Shown here piece after piece: positions 1 to 9,361 of a stretch of DNA of 64,000 nt; position 1 is the stretch's first letter; every line of letters begins with the position of its first letter. Both the position numbers and the translations under genes were made by a program. The notes under the pieces were generated by a model. The model was not told where the DNA came from. It saw only the letters and a program-made list of their open reading frames with translations, and did no database searches. The DNA lies in the NCBI GenBank assembly GCA_044226365.1, contig JBGAHE010000005.1:7088-71087 (forward strand), given 5' to 3'. The stretch comes from Bryobacteraceae bacterium (GTDB lineage: Bacteria; Acidobacteriota; Terriglobia; Bryobacterales; Bryobacteraceae).

Positions 1-133
1 CGAGATGATTGAGGACGAGGCGCGCGGACTTCTGGTCGCTTTGGGTGATGACTTCGTAGGGACCGAGCCGAAAGACGGTCCAGTCGTCAGCGAGCAGAGG
101 CGCGGCGGCCAGCAAAAACGGCAGAAGGCGCAT
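1..133 (-). CDS. Hypothetical exported protein, N-terminal fragment (gene runs off the left edge)
   Basis: A reverse-strand ATG at 133 opens a frame that stays open to position 1: MRLLPFLLAAAPLLADDWTVFRLGPYEVITQSDQKSARLVLNHL. The N-terminus is signal-peptide-like. No family recognised. Too short for the ORF track. Confidence 0.3.
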   Translation of the reverse strand, partial: MRLLPFLLAAAPLLADDWTVFRLGPYEVITQSDQKSARLVLNHL

Positions 134-161
134 TCGCCTTCACTCTAGCGCAGTCGTTCCA

Positions 162-192
162 GAAAAAAAGACCAGCCCTGGGAGGCTGGTCT
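162..192 (-). terminator. Rho-independent terminator downstream of rpsT
   Basis: Perfect 9-bp stem (169-177 AGACCAGCC pairs with 184-192 GGCTGGTCT) with a 6-nt loop. The A-run at 163-169 gives a U-tract on the reverse-strand transcript. It lies 26 nt after the rpsT stop. Confidence 0.7.
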
Positions 193-217
193 TGGGTCTG
201 CGTTTGAACTCGGTGGG

Positions 218-487
218 CTACTTGGCGGCGAGCGCTTTAACGCGCGCGGTGAGCCGGCTCTTGTAGCGGGAAGCGGTATTCTTCTTGATGACGCCCTGCT
301 TGGCGGCTTTGTCGATCGCGGAGTAGGTCGCCGGGAGAGCCGCGGTGCATGCGGCCGCGTCCTTACCTTCCAGCAAGCGGCGCATCGCGCGGATGCGGTT
401 GCGGAGCTTGGTGGTGCGCATCTGGTTCACCGCAGTGCGGCGCTCGGTGGTGCGGACGCGCTTGATCGAAGAAATCGTATTCGCCAT
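218..487 (-). CDS. rpsT: 30S ribosomal protein S20
   Basis: 89 aa, very basic, starts [24 protein letters not shown]. Typical S20 N-terminus and length. Confidence 0.93.
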   Translation of the reverse strand: MANTISSIKRVRTTERRTAVNQMRTTKLRNRIRAMRRLLEGKDAAACTAALPATYSAIDKAAKQGVIKKNTASRYKSRLTARVKALAAK

Positions 488-605
488 CTAATTGTGTTCC
501 ACTGTACAGGATAGCGAACCTGATGCGGGGACGTCAAACCGGAGGGACCGGGAGCGGCTAAGTACTAGAAAATAGGCCTTCGTCGCAATTTAATGGGATC
601 TGCTA

Positions 606-1682
606 GTGATTACTAACCGGAGTGGCGCGGGCGCTGCTATAATTGAAACACTTCCTATGCCCGCTTCCGCCGCTTGCGACTCACCCAACGAAATTGCCGC
701 CAAAAAGCTGATTCTGCTGAGTCCCCGGGGCTTCTGCGCCGGGGTGGTGCGGGCAATCGACGTGGTGAAGATCGCGCTGGGGTTGTACGGCGCGCCGATC
801 TACGTGCGCAAGGAGATCGTGCATAACAAGCACGTGGTGGAAGAGCTGCGCAGCGTGGGCGCGCGCTTCGTCGATGAATTGGACGAGGTGCCGGCAGGTG
901 CGCGGGTGATTTTCTCGGCGCACGGCGTCTCTCCGGCCGTGCGGGAAGCAGCGAAAGAGCGCGGCCTGCACGTGATCGATGCGACGTGCCCGCTGGTGAC
1001 GAAAGTGCATCTGGAGGCGATCAAGTTTGCGCGCCAAGGGTACACGATCGTGCTGATCGGCCACAACGGCCACGAAGAAGTGGAAGGCACGATGGGCGAG
1101 GCGCCGGCGAACATCAAGCTGGTGGAGACGATTGAAGACGTCGATCGTCTGGTGGTGGATGATCCGGGCAAGGTAGCGCACCTGACGCAAACCACGCTGA
1201 GCCTGGACGAGACTTCGCACATCGTGGCGCGTCTCAAAGAGAGATTCCCGGAGATCGTAGCGCCGAAGTCGCAGGACATTTGTTATGCGACGGAGAACCG
1301 GCAGGTAGCGGTGAAGGCCATTGCGCCGTTGTGCGACTTACTGTTGGTGGTGGGATCGCGCAATAGCTCGAATTCGCGGCGGTTGGTGGAAGTCTGCCAG
1401 AAGTCCGGGGTGCCGGCGTATCTGATTGACGACTTGTCGGAGTTACAGCCGCAATGGCTGGAAGGGCGTAATTCGGTGGCCATCACGGCCGGAGCTTCGG
1501 CGCCGGAAACCCTGGTGCAGCAGTTGATCGATGGGCTGCAGAACCAGCATGGTTACGGCCCGGTGGAGAACGTGGAGATTCGGGAAGAAGATGTGAGATT
1601 CAGCCTGCCCCAGGAGCTTGCGGCTTCCGGTGCGCGACTAACGCAGATCACGCTGCCTTCCTTGCCGATTGCTCAGTTGTAA
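606..1682 (+). CDS. ispH: 4-hydroxy-3-methylbut-2-enyl diphosphate reductase (IspH/LytB)
   Basis: LLSPRGFCAGVVRAIDVV N-terminal motif, conserved Cys positions (ATCPLVTKVH) and SSNSRRL near the C-terminus. GTG start at 606; alternative ATG at 657 (MPASAAC). Confidence 0.9.
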   Translation: MITNRSGAGAAIIETLPMPASAACDSPNEIAAKKLILLSPRGFCAGVVRAIDVVKIALGLYGAPIYVRKEIVHNKHVVEELRSVGARFVDELDEVPAGARVIFSAHGVSPAVREAAKERGLHVIDATCPLVTKVHLEAIKFARQGYTIVLIGHNGHEEVEGTMGEAPANIKLVETIEDVDRLVVDDPGKVAHLTQTTLSLDETSHIVARLKERFPEIVAPKSQDICYATENRQVAVKAIAPLCDLLLVVGSRNSSNSRRLVEVCQKSGVPAYLIDDLSELQPQWLEGRNSVAITAGASAPETLVQQLIDGLQNQHGYGPVENVEIREEDVRFSLPQELAASGARLTQITLPSLPIAQL

Positions 1683-1722
1683 AGAACCAGGGAGCGGAAG
1701 CGCCCGTATACGAACTATTAAG

Positions 1723-3657
1723 ATGAGTCCTAGTCTTCAGATCAGTAACACACTGGTGGCGACGGCTTTTGAAGCCGCGAAAAAGTCCGTCGATGCGTTC
1801 GCGCGCCGACAACACCCGGATGGTTATTGGTGGGGCGATCTGACCGGCGGGGACGCGACCCTGGAAGCGGACTATCTTTTATTGCAGCTGTGGCTGCATC
1901 CGCCGCAAGGCGCGGTATGGACGCCGCCCGATGTCAGCAAGGCGCAACGCGCCGTGCGTTCGATTTTGTCGCATCAGGCCGCCGATGGCGGCTTCAGCGT
2001 ATATCCCAAAGGGCCGGCCGACGTCAGTGCGTCAGTGAAGGCATACTGCGCTTTGAAGCTCGCCACGCATATTCCGGGCGTGGAAGTGGATCGCGATGCG
2101 CTGGAGCGTTGCCGCGAACGAATTCTGGACCTGGGCGGCGTACAGGCGGCCAATAGCTACGTCAAGATCAACCTGTCGCTTTTTGGACTGTATCCGCGCG
2201 AGTTCGCGCCGAGCATTCCACCGGAGCTGATGCTCACCGGCCGGATGATCTACGAGATGTCGAGCTGGACGCGCGCAATCGTGATCCCGCTGTCGGTGCT
2301 CCATGCGGCGAATCCGCAGAAGCCGGTGCCGAACGGCTATGACCTGAAGGAACTCCTGAAGCCGGGCGTGCCGCTCGAGTTCAAGGCCGGCGCCGACTTC
2401 TTCAGTTGGAAGAATCTGTTTTTCCGCTGCGACGACTTTGTCAAATTCTGGGACCGCTATCACCTGAAAGGCTTGCGCCAGAAGGCCATCAACATGGCTC
2501 GCGATTGGGTGCTGGCGCGTTTTGAGAAGTCCGATGGTTTGGCGGCGATTTACCCGCCGATGATGTATGCGGTGATGATGCTGGATCTATTGGGTTATCC
2601 GGCCGATCATCCGGCGCGCGTGGAAGCGCAAAAGCAGTTCGACCGCCTGTTGGTGGATGAAGGCGACCGCTTCTTCCATCAGCCCTGCTTCAGCGTGGTG
2701 TGGGATACGGCGATTGCCGCGTTCGCCTTGGGTGAATCGGGCATGGCAGATCCGGCGTCGATGCGTCGCTGCGGCGATTGGCTGCTGACCAAGGAAGTGC
2801 GCACCAAGGGCGACTGGAGCGTGAAGCGGCCGAATCTGGAGCCATCGGGCTGGTACTTCGAGTTCGCCAACGAACACTATCCGGATATCGACGATACCGC
2901 CATGGTGCTGAAGGCGCTGCATCATACGGGCGCGTCAAACGAAGCCGAATTGCAAGCCGTGCGAGACCGGGCCGTGGCCTGGACGTTGGGCATGCAATCG
3001 AAGGACGGCGGCTGGGCCGCGTTCGACGTCGACAACAACTGGGAATTTCTGGCGGACGTGCCGTTCGCCGATCACAACGCGATGCTGGATCCGACGTGCC
3101 CGGACATTACGGGCCGCGTGCTGGAAGGGCTAATTCTGGCCGGCGTGGACCCGCGGCATCCGGCGATCCGCCGCGGCGTGGAGTACCTGATTCGCACGCA
3201 GGAGGCCGATGGCAGTTGGTATGGGCGTTGGGGCGTGGACTACATCTACGGCACGTTCCTGGCGCTGCGCGGCTTGCGCGCGGCGGGCGAAAGCGACCGC
3301 GAGGCGCACGTGCTGCGGGCCGGCGAGTGGCTGCGCAGTATCCAGAATGCCGATGGCGGCTGGGGCGAAAGCTGCGAGTCCTATCGCAAGGGCAGCTTTG
3401 TGGCGGCGCCGAGCACGGCTTCGCAGACGGCGTGGGCAGTGATGGGCTTGCTGGCGGGGGGCGACGATACCTCGCTCAGCGTGCAGCATGGCATTGAGTA
3501 TCTGGTGGAGACGCAGCGGGCCGACGGCACTTGGTTCGAGGAACTGGCCACGGGTACGGGCTTCCCGAACGTCTACTACCTGACCTACCATCTCTATCGC
3601 GACTCTTTCCCGCTCATGGCCTTGAGCGACTGGTTGAAGGCGAAGCGCGCGGCCTAG
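1723..3657 (+). CDS. shc: Squalene-hopene cyclase
   Basis: DxDDTA catalytic motif (DIDDTA, DIDD at 2884-2895) and several QW repeats (KDGGWAAF, ADGSWYGRWG, ADGGWGES, ADGTWFE). ATG at 1723 (MSPSLQ) preferred over the ORF-track start at 1669, which overlaps ispH. Confidence 0.95.
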   Translation: MSPSLQISNTLVATAFEAAKKSVDAFARRQHPDGYWWGDLTGGDATLEADYLLLQLWLHPPQGAVWTPPDVSKAQRAVRSILSHQAADGGFSVYPKGPADVSASVKAYCALKLATHIPGVEVDRDALERCRERILDLGGVQAANSYVKINLSLFGLYPREFAPSIPPELMLTGRMIYEMSSWTRAIVIPLSVLHAANPQKPVPNGYDLKELLKPGVPLEFKAGADFFSWKNLFFRCDDFVKFWDRYHLKGLRQKAINMARDWVLARFEKSDGLAAIYPPMMYAVMMLDLLGYPADHPARVEAQKQFDRLLVDEGDRFFHQPCFSVVWDTAIAAFALGESGMADPASMRRCGDWLLTKEVRTKGDWSVKRPNLEPSGWYFEFANEHYPDIDDTAMVLKALHHTGASNEAELQAVRDRAVAWTLGMQSKDGGWAAFDVDNNWEFLADVPFADHNAMLDPTCPDITGRVLEGLILAGVDPRHPAIRRGVEYLIRTQEADGSWYGRWGVDYIYGTFLALRGLRAAGESDREAHVLRAGEWLRSIQNADGGWGESCESYRKGSFVAAPSTASQTAWAVMGLLAGGDDTSLSVQHGIEYLVETQRADGTWFEELATGTGFPNVYYLTYHLYRDSFPLMALSDWLKAKRAA

Positions 3658-3673
3658 TCCGCCGCGTCCCCTT

Positions 3674-4648
3674 ATGGCCACTACCCTGGTTACTGGCGCT
3701 ACAGGCTTTCTCGGCTGGCACGTTGCTCAACGGCTGGTGAAGCGTGGGCACACCGTGCGCGCACTGACGAGGCAAGATGGACCAATTGCGGGTTTGGCAG
3801 CCGAGCCGGTGAAGGGCGATCTGCGCGATGCGGCGTCGCTCGAACGCGCGGTACAAGGTTGCCGCTATGTGTTCCATGTCGCCGCCGACTATCGGCTTTG
3901 GTTGCGCGACGAAAGCGAGATGTATGCCTCGAACGTCACAGGAACGCGCGAACTACTGGCCGCGTCGCGGCGGGCGGGCGTGGAGCGGGTGGTCTACACG
4001 TCGACGGTGGGTTGCATCGGGTTTCCCGAAGAGGGCGAAGGCGATGAGGACCAGCCAGTGTCGCTGGCGGAGATGACCGGGCCATACAAGAAGTCGAAAT
4101 TTCTGGCCGAGCAGGAAGCGGTTGCCGCGGCGCGGGAGTTCGATGTGACGATCGTCAATCCGACGACGCCGATTGGCGAGCGCGACATCAAGCCGACTCC
4201 ATCAGGAAAAATCGTGGTGGATTTTCTGGCCGGTAAGATGCCAGCCTTTGTCGATACGGGCTTGAACCTGGTGGACGTGCACGACTGCGCCGAAGGACAT
4301 CTGCTGGCACTCGACAAGGGGCGGCGGGGTGAGCGCTACATCCTGGGATCGGAGAATCTGCACCTGCGAGAGATCCTGGCGCGGCTGGCGCGTATCACCG
4401 GCCGCAAGGCGCCCACGTGGCAGATTCCGCACTTTGTGGCTTACGCGGCGGGCGCCGCTTCAACCGGATGGGCCGCGATCTCGGGACGGGAGCCGGAAGT
4501 GCCGCTCGATGCCGTCCGCATGGCCAAGCAGAAGATGTACGCCTCCAGCCGGAAGGCAATCCGTGAGTTGGGCTACGCGCCGTCGCCGGTGGACGACGCG
4601 CTGGCGCGCGCAGTGAGCTGGTTCCGGCAACAGGGGATGGCGGCGTGA
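3674..4648 (+). CDS. hpnA: Hopanoid-associated NAD-dependent sugar epimerase/dehydratase (HpnA-like)
   Basis: Rossmann motif VTGATGFLGWHV and the YxxxK region (YKKSK) of the extended SDR family. Sits directly after shc (16-nt gap). Confidence 0.8.
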   Translation: MATTLVTGATGFLGWHVAQRLVKRGHTVRALTRQDGPIAGLAAEPVKGDLRDAASLERAVQGCRYVFHVAADYRLWLRDESEMYASNVTGTRELLAASRRAGVERVVYTSTVGCIGFPEEGEGDEDQPVSLAEMTGPYKKSKFLAEQEAVAAAREFDVTIVNPTTPIGERDIKPTPSGKIVVDFLAGKMPAFVDTGLNLVDVHDCAEGHLLALDKGRRGERYILGSENLHLREILARLARITGRKAPTWQIPHFVAYAAGAASTGWAAISGREPEVPLDAVRMAKQKMYASSRKAIRELGYAPSPVDDALARAVSWFRQQGMAA

Positions 4649-5313
4649 TTTTAGGCCTGGTGGCGGCTGACCCCTACGAACTCGAGCCCTATTCCCAGCG
4701 TCTGGCGGCCTGTGAGCGCTTCGCCGACGTCAGCCGGCGCTCGGTGCAGGGCGAAACCAAAGACGGCGATACGGTGCGCATGACGGCGTTTGGGCCGGGG
4801 TTCCGCGCGGCGGCTCGAGCGGCGGAAGCGATTCTCGAAGCTGGTCCGGTAGACGTTCTGATTTCGACGGGTACTTGCGGGGCCTTATTGCCTGACCTGC
4901 AGTTGGGCGAGATCGTGGTCGACGAGCGGGATACGCAGCCGGTGACCGCGTCGGCCTTCCGGCGAGGCGCCATCGTTTCGCAGGACCGGGTGGCGGCGAC
5001 GGCCGAGGAGAAGCAGGCGCTAGCCGCCGAGGGGTTAGCCGTGGAGATGGAAAGCGCGGCCGTGCGCGAGGCGGCGCGGCGGCGCGGCGTGAAGTTTGCG
5101 TGCATCAAGTGCGTGTCGGATACGGCGGGCGAATCCCTGCCGCTCGATTTCAATCGCTATCGGACAGCCGACGGCGGCTTCGCCAAGGGGCGGATTGCGC
5201 TGGCCATCCTGACGCGCCCGTTGACGCTGGGGCCGGCCATCGGCACGCTGCAACGCCAGACGCGTCTGGCGGCACAAAATTTGGGAGGCTTTCTTGCCGA
5301 CTGCCGTTTCTGA
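4645..5313 (+). CDS. hpnG: Hopanoid-associated phosphorylase / nucleosidase (HpnG-like, PNP_UDP_1 family)
   Basis: Nucleoside phosphorylase family pattern (ISTGTCGAL, VEMESAAV). The GTG start overlaps the hpnA stop (GTGA). Position in the shc-hpnA cluster supports the call. Confidence 0.75.
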   Translation: MILGLVAADPYELEPYSQRLAACERFADVSRRSVQGETKDGDTVRMTAFGPGFRAAARAAEAILEAGPVDVLISTGTCGALLPDLQLGEIVVDERDTQPVTASAFRRGAIVSQDRVAATAEEKQALAAEGLAVEMESAAVREAARRRGVKFACIKCVSDTAGESLPLDFNRYRTADGGFAKGRIALAILTRPLTLGPAIGTLQRQTRLAAQNLGGFLADCRF

Positions 5314-5326
5314 AGTTCCAGGCCGG

Positions 5327-6385
5327 ATGCTGGCCGCAGTCTATACGGGAAACCAGAAGGTTGAAGTCCAGGAAGTGACGACGCCGGCCATCGGGCCGGG
5401 CGAGTTGCTGGTCCGCGTGGAAGCATGCGGAATTTGCCATACGGATCTGAAGAAGATCGAGTATGACTTGTTGGCGGGTCCGCGGATTTACGGCCATGAG
5501 ACGGCCGGGGTGGTGGTGCGAGCGGGCGAGGGCGTGACGCGGTTTGTGCCCGGCGACCGGGTGGTCGCGTTCCATCACATCCCCTGCAGCCGTTGCTTTT
5601 ACTGCGAGCGGAAGCTGTATGCGCAATGCCCGGTTTACAAAAAGGTGGGGATCACGGCTGGCTTTGAGCCGGCCGGTGGCGGCTTTGCGCAATACATCCG
5701 AATCATGGACTGGATCGTAGAAAGAGGCGTGGAGAAAATCCCCGCCGGCGTGAGTTTTGCGGCCGCCAGCCTGGTGGAGCCTTTAAATACGTGCCTGAAG
5801 GCGGTGGTGCAGGCCGCACCGCGCCCGACCGACGCGGTGGTGGTGATGGGGCAGGGCCCGATCGGGCTGAAGTTCACCATGTTGCTGAAGAACGCGGGCG
5901 CGCACGTCATCGCGACGGATTTGTCGCCTTCGCGTCGCGCGCTAGCCTTGGAATTGGGCGCCGACGAGGCCTATGACCCTCGCGAGACCGATTTGCCGGC
6001 GCTCGCCCGCGAGCGGACCGAGGGCCGAGGGGCGGATCTGGTTTTTGTGGCGGTATCGGCTCCGGGAATCGTCGAGCAGGCGGTGCGAATGACCCGGCCG
6101 GGGGCGAGGATCGTTCTGTTTGCGCAGACTTCCGAGAAGGAACGAATCGAGTTGGCCGGAGCCGACATCTGTAAGGATGAGCGAATTATTTGTGGTTCGT
6201 ACAGCGCCGACGTGGACCTGCAGCGGGAGTCGGCGGCTTTGATTTTTTCCGGGCGGCTGCCGGTGGAGCGTCTTATTTCACATCGAGTTCCGTTAAGCGG
6301 CTTCCAGGAGGGCATGAATCTGGCCCTGCACCCGGACGATCAATCGCTGAAAATTCTGGTGGAGCCGCAGAAAGGCGTGTCCTAA
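5327..6385 (+). CDS. Zn-dependent medium-chain dehydrogenase/reductase (sorbitol/threonine dehydrogenase-like), paralog 1
   Basis: Catalytic Zn ligands CGICHTD and GHETAGVV, structural Zn motif CSRCFYCERKLYAQC, Rossmann VMGQGPIG. ATG at 5327 lies 13 nt after the hpnG stop. The ORF-track TTG start at 5294 would overlap hpnG. Confidence 0.85.
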   Translation: MLAAVYTGNQKVEVQEVTTPAIGPGELLVRVEACGICHTDLKKIEYDLLAGPRIYGHETAGVVVRAGEGVTRFVPGDRVVAFHHIPCSRCFYCERKLYAQCPVYKKVGITAGFEPAGGGFAQYIRIMDWIVERGVEKIPAGVSFAAASLVEPLNTCLKAVVQAAPRPTDAVVVMGQGPIGLKFTMLLKNAGAHVIATDLSPSRRALALELGADEAYDPRETDLPALARERTEGRGADLVFVAVSAPGIVEQAVRMTRPGARIVLFAQTSEKERIELAGADICKDERIICGSYSADVDLQRESAALIFSGRLPVERLISHRVPLSGFQEGMNLALHPDDQSLKILVEPQKGVS

Positions 6386-6552
6386 ACGATGCGTCCAAGT
6401 GCAGAAGAATTAATGAAGTGGCCAGCCAGCGAACGGCTTGTGTCCTCTCTGAAATCGCGCGAGAATTTCGAGTTGATCGATTCGGCGCAATGGGCTGAGG
6501 GGAATAGGTATACTGGGGTGTTGGTACTGGTGTTGCTGAAGGGTGGTTACGA

Positions 6553-7593
6553 GTGAGCGTACGAATGCTCGCGGCCGTTCTCTACGGTAAAGAACACGTA
6601 GAGATCGAGCCGGTTGAGGTTCCTCCAATTGGTCCAGGCGATGTCCTGGTCCGCGTCCGGGCGGCGCTGACCTGTGGCACGGATGTGAAAGTCTTCCGGC
6701 GTGGTTATCACGCGCGGATGATTGTTCCTCCGGCGTTGTTTGGTCACGAATTGTCGGGCGACATTGTGGCGGTGGGCGCGGACGTGGATAACTTCCATGT
6801 CGGCCAGCGCGTAGTGGCCGCCAACTCGGCACCTTGCGGTGAATGTCTCTACTGCCGGCGCAAGTCGGAGAACCTCTGCGAAAACCTGCTCTTCAACAAC
6901 GGCGCGTACGCTGAATTCATCCGGATTCCGTCGCGTATCGTGCAAAAGAACATGTACGAAATTCCGCCGCAGGTGAGCTACCCCGACGCGGCGTTGATTG
7001 AACCTTTGGCGTGCGTGCTGAAGGGCATTGAAGATTCCGGGATCAGCGCGGGCGACAATGTGGCCGTAATCGGCCTGGGCCCGATCGGCCTGATGTTCGT
7101 GCGCATTGCGGGGCTGCTGGGCGCGCGGGTGATTGCCATTGGACGCCGCAAGACGCAATTGGACCGTGCGCTGCGCATGGGCGCGCAGGACGTGATCTCG
7201 ACGGCCGATACGCGCGACGTGGTCAGCGAAGTGCGCGGGCGGACGGGCGGGCATGGCGCCGACATCGTCATCGAAGCCGTCGGCAAGCCGCAGACCTGGC
7301 AGGAAGCCGTCGGCATGGTGCGCCGCGGCGGTACGGTAAATCTGTTCGGCGGGTGCCCGAACGATACGACTATCTCGCTCGACACCAACCGTCTGCACTA
7401 TTCGGAAATCACGCTCAAAGCGAGCTTCCATCACACGCCCGCGCTGATTCAGCGCGCGCTGAACGCCGTTTCGCGCGGCGACATCACGGCGCACGACTTC
7501 GTGAACCGGGAAGAGCCGTTGCAGAATCTCCTCGAGGTGTTCAAGCACCTGATGAGTCACAACGGCCACATGAAGACCGCGATTATCCCCTAA
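6553..7593 (+). CDS. Zn-dependent medium-chain dehydrogenase/reductase, paralog 2
   Basis: GHELSGDIVAVG, structural Zn motif CGECLYCRRKSENLC, Rossmann VIGLGPIG. GTG start at 6553 or ATG at 6565 (MLAAVLYG, which parallels MLAAVYTG of paralog 1). Confidence 0.85.
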   Translation: MSVRMLAAVLYGKEHVEIEPVEVPPIGPGDVLVRVRAALTCGTDVKVFRRGYHARMIVPPALFGHELSGDIVAVGADVDNFHVGQRVVAANSAPCGECLYCRRKSENLCENLLFNNGAYAEFIRIPSRIVQKNMYEIPPQVSYPDAALIEPLACVLKGIEDSGISAGDNVAVIGLGPIGLMFVRIAGLLGARVIAIGRRKTQLDRALRMGAQDVISTADTRDVVSEVRGRTGGHGADIVIEAVGKPQTWQEAVGMVRRGGTVNLFGGCPNDTTISLDTNRLHYSEITLKASFHHTPALIQRALNAVSRGDITAHDFVNREEPLQNLLEVFKHLMSHNGHMKTAIIP

Positions 7594-8468
7594 CCGCGAA
7601 GGCGTTCGCGAATCAGGATCCAGACCTTTTCGCCCGTGCTGAGCGCGATGCGGCGCTCCAGCACGTCGAAGTTCGACGCCACAATCCGGTCCAATAGCTG
7701 CGAATAGATCTCGATGAGCGCGCGCAGCGAAGCACGGCTCTTCGGATCGATCAAGCCGACCAGCGGACGTGATTCGTCGTAGTAGCGTCGAGCCCGTTCG
7801 GCTTCGAAGCGCATTAGGTTCCGGAAAGCGTCGTTCGCTTCGCCGCGCGCCAATTGCTCTGGGGTGACACCGAATCGTTCCAGATCCTCCGCCGGGAGAT
7901 AAACACGTCCGTTCTCGGCATCCTCTCGCACATCGCGCAAAATATTGGTGAGCTGAAAGGCAATGCCGCATTTCTCGGCGAGCGGCAAGGCGGCTTCGCC
8001 CTCGTAGCCGAAGATGTGGATGACGGTGAGGCCGACGACCGAAGCCACCTGGTAGCAGTAGCGGTAGAGCTGGTCGAAAGTCTGGACGGGCACAAAGACG
8101 AGGTCCGAGGTAACGCCATCAATCATCTGGTGCAGATAGGCCGCGGGGATCTTGTATTTGAGCACGGCGTCATAGAGGGCGAGCCAGACCGGATGACGGG
8201 GCATGGTCTGGAGGCCGCCTAAGGCAAGGTCAAGGTCGCGGCGCCAGTTGGCAAGCGCGGTCTGGCGCTGTTCGAGGGTGAGGCCGGGATCGTCGGAGAG
8301 GTCGTCGCAGACGCGCATGAAGGCGTACACGGCGCAGATGGCGTCGTGCTGGCGTTTGGAGAGCAGCCGGAACGAGTAGTAGAAGTTCTTAGCGCGCTGG
8401 CGGGCGAGATCCCGGCACCAGGCGTAAGAAGCGGCGACCGGGTCGCCTACGCCGCGCGGAAAGCCCAT
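7590..8468 (-). CDS. hpnD: Presqualene diphosphate synthase (HpnD-like, squalene/phytoene synthase family)
   Basis: NFYYSFRLLSKRQHDAICAVYAFMRVCDDLSDD (first Asp-rich motif) and NILRDVREDAENGRVYLP (second motif). Confidence 0.85.
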   Translation of the reverse strand: MGFPRGVGDPVAASYAWCRDLARQRAKNFYYSFRLLSKRQHDAICAVYAFMRVCDDLSDDPGLTLEQRQTALANWRRDLDLALGGLQTMPRHPVWLALYDAVLKYKIPAAYLHQMIDGVTSDLVFVPVQTFDQLYRYCYQVASVVGLTVIHIFGYEGEAALPLAEKCGIAFQLTNILRDVREDAENGRVYLPAEDLERFGVTPEQLARGEANDAFRNLMRFEAERARRYYDESRPLVGLIDPKSRASLRALIEIYSQLLDRIVASNFDVLERRIALSTGEKVWILIRERLRG

Positions 8469-9361
8469 CGGGCCAGGCTCCCCATGAGAATGCGCACACG
8501 CGCGACTTTGGTAATGCGGGGGCGGGCCTTCAGGACATCGAAGCCTTCGGCTTCGATGCGATCGAGAATGGCGAGGCCACCGCGGTTGAACAGGTCAAGG
8601 TCGAGCGAGAGCTGGCGATCGACCATCTTGACGAGGGGCAGGCCGTTGGAGAAATGGCGGCGCGCTTCGGCGACAGCTTCGCGCATGGCGGCGGCGAAGG
8701 CGGGATTGAAGCGGCGCTGGGCAATCTGGTCGACGGTGGCGCCGTGCTTGGCGAGCAGATCGAGGGGCAGATAGACGCGGTCCTTATCCCAGTCGACGGT
8801 GACGTCCTGCCAGAAGTTGGCGAGTTGGAGGCCGGTGCAGGTGGCGTCCGAGAGTCGGAAGCGCTCATCATCGCGATAACCGCAAAGCATGAGCACGAGG
8901 CGGCCAACGGGGTTGGCGGAGTTCAGACAATAGCCTTCGAGCTCGGCCCAGTTCTGGTAGCGGCTGACCGTCTGGTCCTGGATGAAGGCAGTGATCAGAT
9001 CGTCGAAAGGGTCGATGGGCAAGGCGTGCTTCTTGGCAGTGCCATTGAGGGCCACGAAGACCGGATGGCGGGTTTCGCCGGCATACATGGCGTGCAATTC
9101 GCGACGCCACCAAGCGAGCAGGTCGAGACTTCGGACCGGGTCGCCAAACTCGTCGCCTAAGTCGTCGGCCCAACGGCAGAACGAGTAGACGTTGTAGAAA
9201 TCCTGATGGAGCGCCTTTGGCAGGAGAAAGCTGACGACGTGGAAGTTTTCGTAATGAGCGGTGGCGAGCCAGCGAGTATACTCTTCTGCCTCAGCCACCG
9301 TGTACGAGCGATGGGACGCTTCAGCACTCTCGACAAACTGTCGCGGGAACAGATGCGGCAC
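8447..9361 (-). CDS. hpnC: Hydroxysqualene synthase (HpnC-like, squalene/phytoene synthase family)
   Basis: HYENFHVVSFLLPKALHQDFYNVYSFCRWADDLGDE and NFWQDVTVDWDKDRVYLP. The GTG start at 9361 directly abuts the leuS stop. Confidence 0.85.
   Translation of the reverse strand: MPHLFPRQFVESAEASHRSYTVAEAEEYTRWLATAHYENFHVVSFLLPKALHQDFYNVYSFCRWADDLGDEFGDPVRSLDLLAWWRRELHAMYAGETRHPVFVALNGTAKKHALPIDPFDDLITAFIQDQTVSRYQNWAELEGYCLNSANPVGRLVLMLCGYRDDERFRLSDATCTGLQLANFWQDVTVDWDKDRVYLPLDLLAKHGATVDQIAQRRFNPAFAAAMREAVAEARRHFSNGLPLVKMVDRQLSLDLDLFNRGGLAILDRIEAEGFDVLKARPRITKVARVRILMGSLARWAFRAA

Noticed and set aside
488-605. Promoter calls for the divergent rpsT/ispH region and for the 6386..6552 spacer (TATACT at 6509-6514)
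   Set aside because: No convincing -35/-10 pair at correct spacing could be identified by eye, and the promoter consensus of this lineage is uncertain, so no promoter feature is reported.
6547-7971. 474-aa ORF on the - strand
   Set aside because: Antisense to the well-supported dehydrogenase at 6553..7593, and runs out of frame through the hpnD 3' end. Arg/His-rich nonsense composition.
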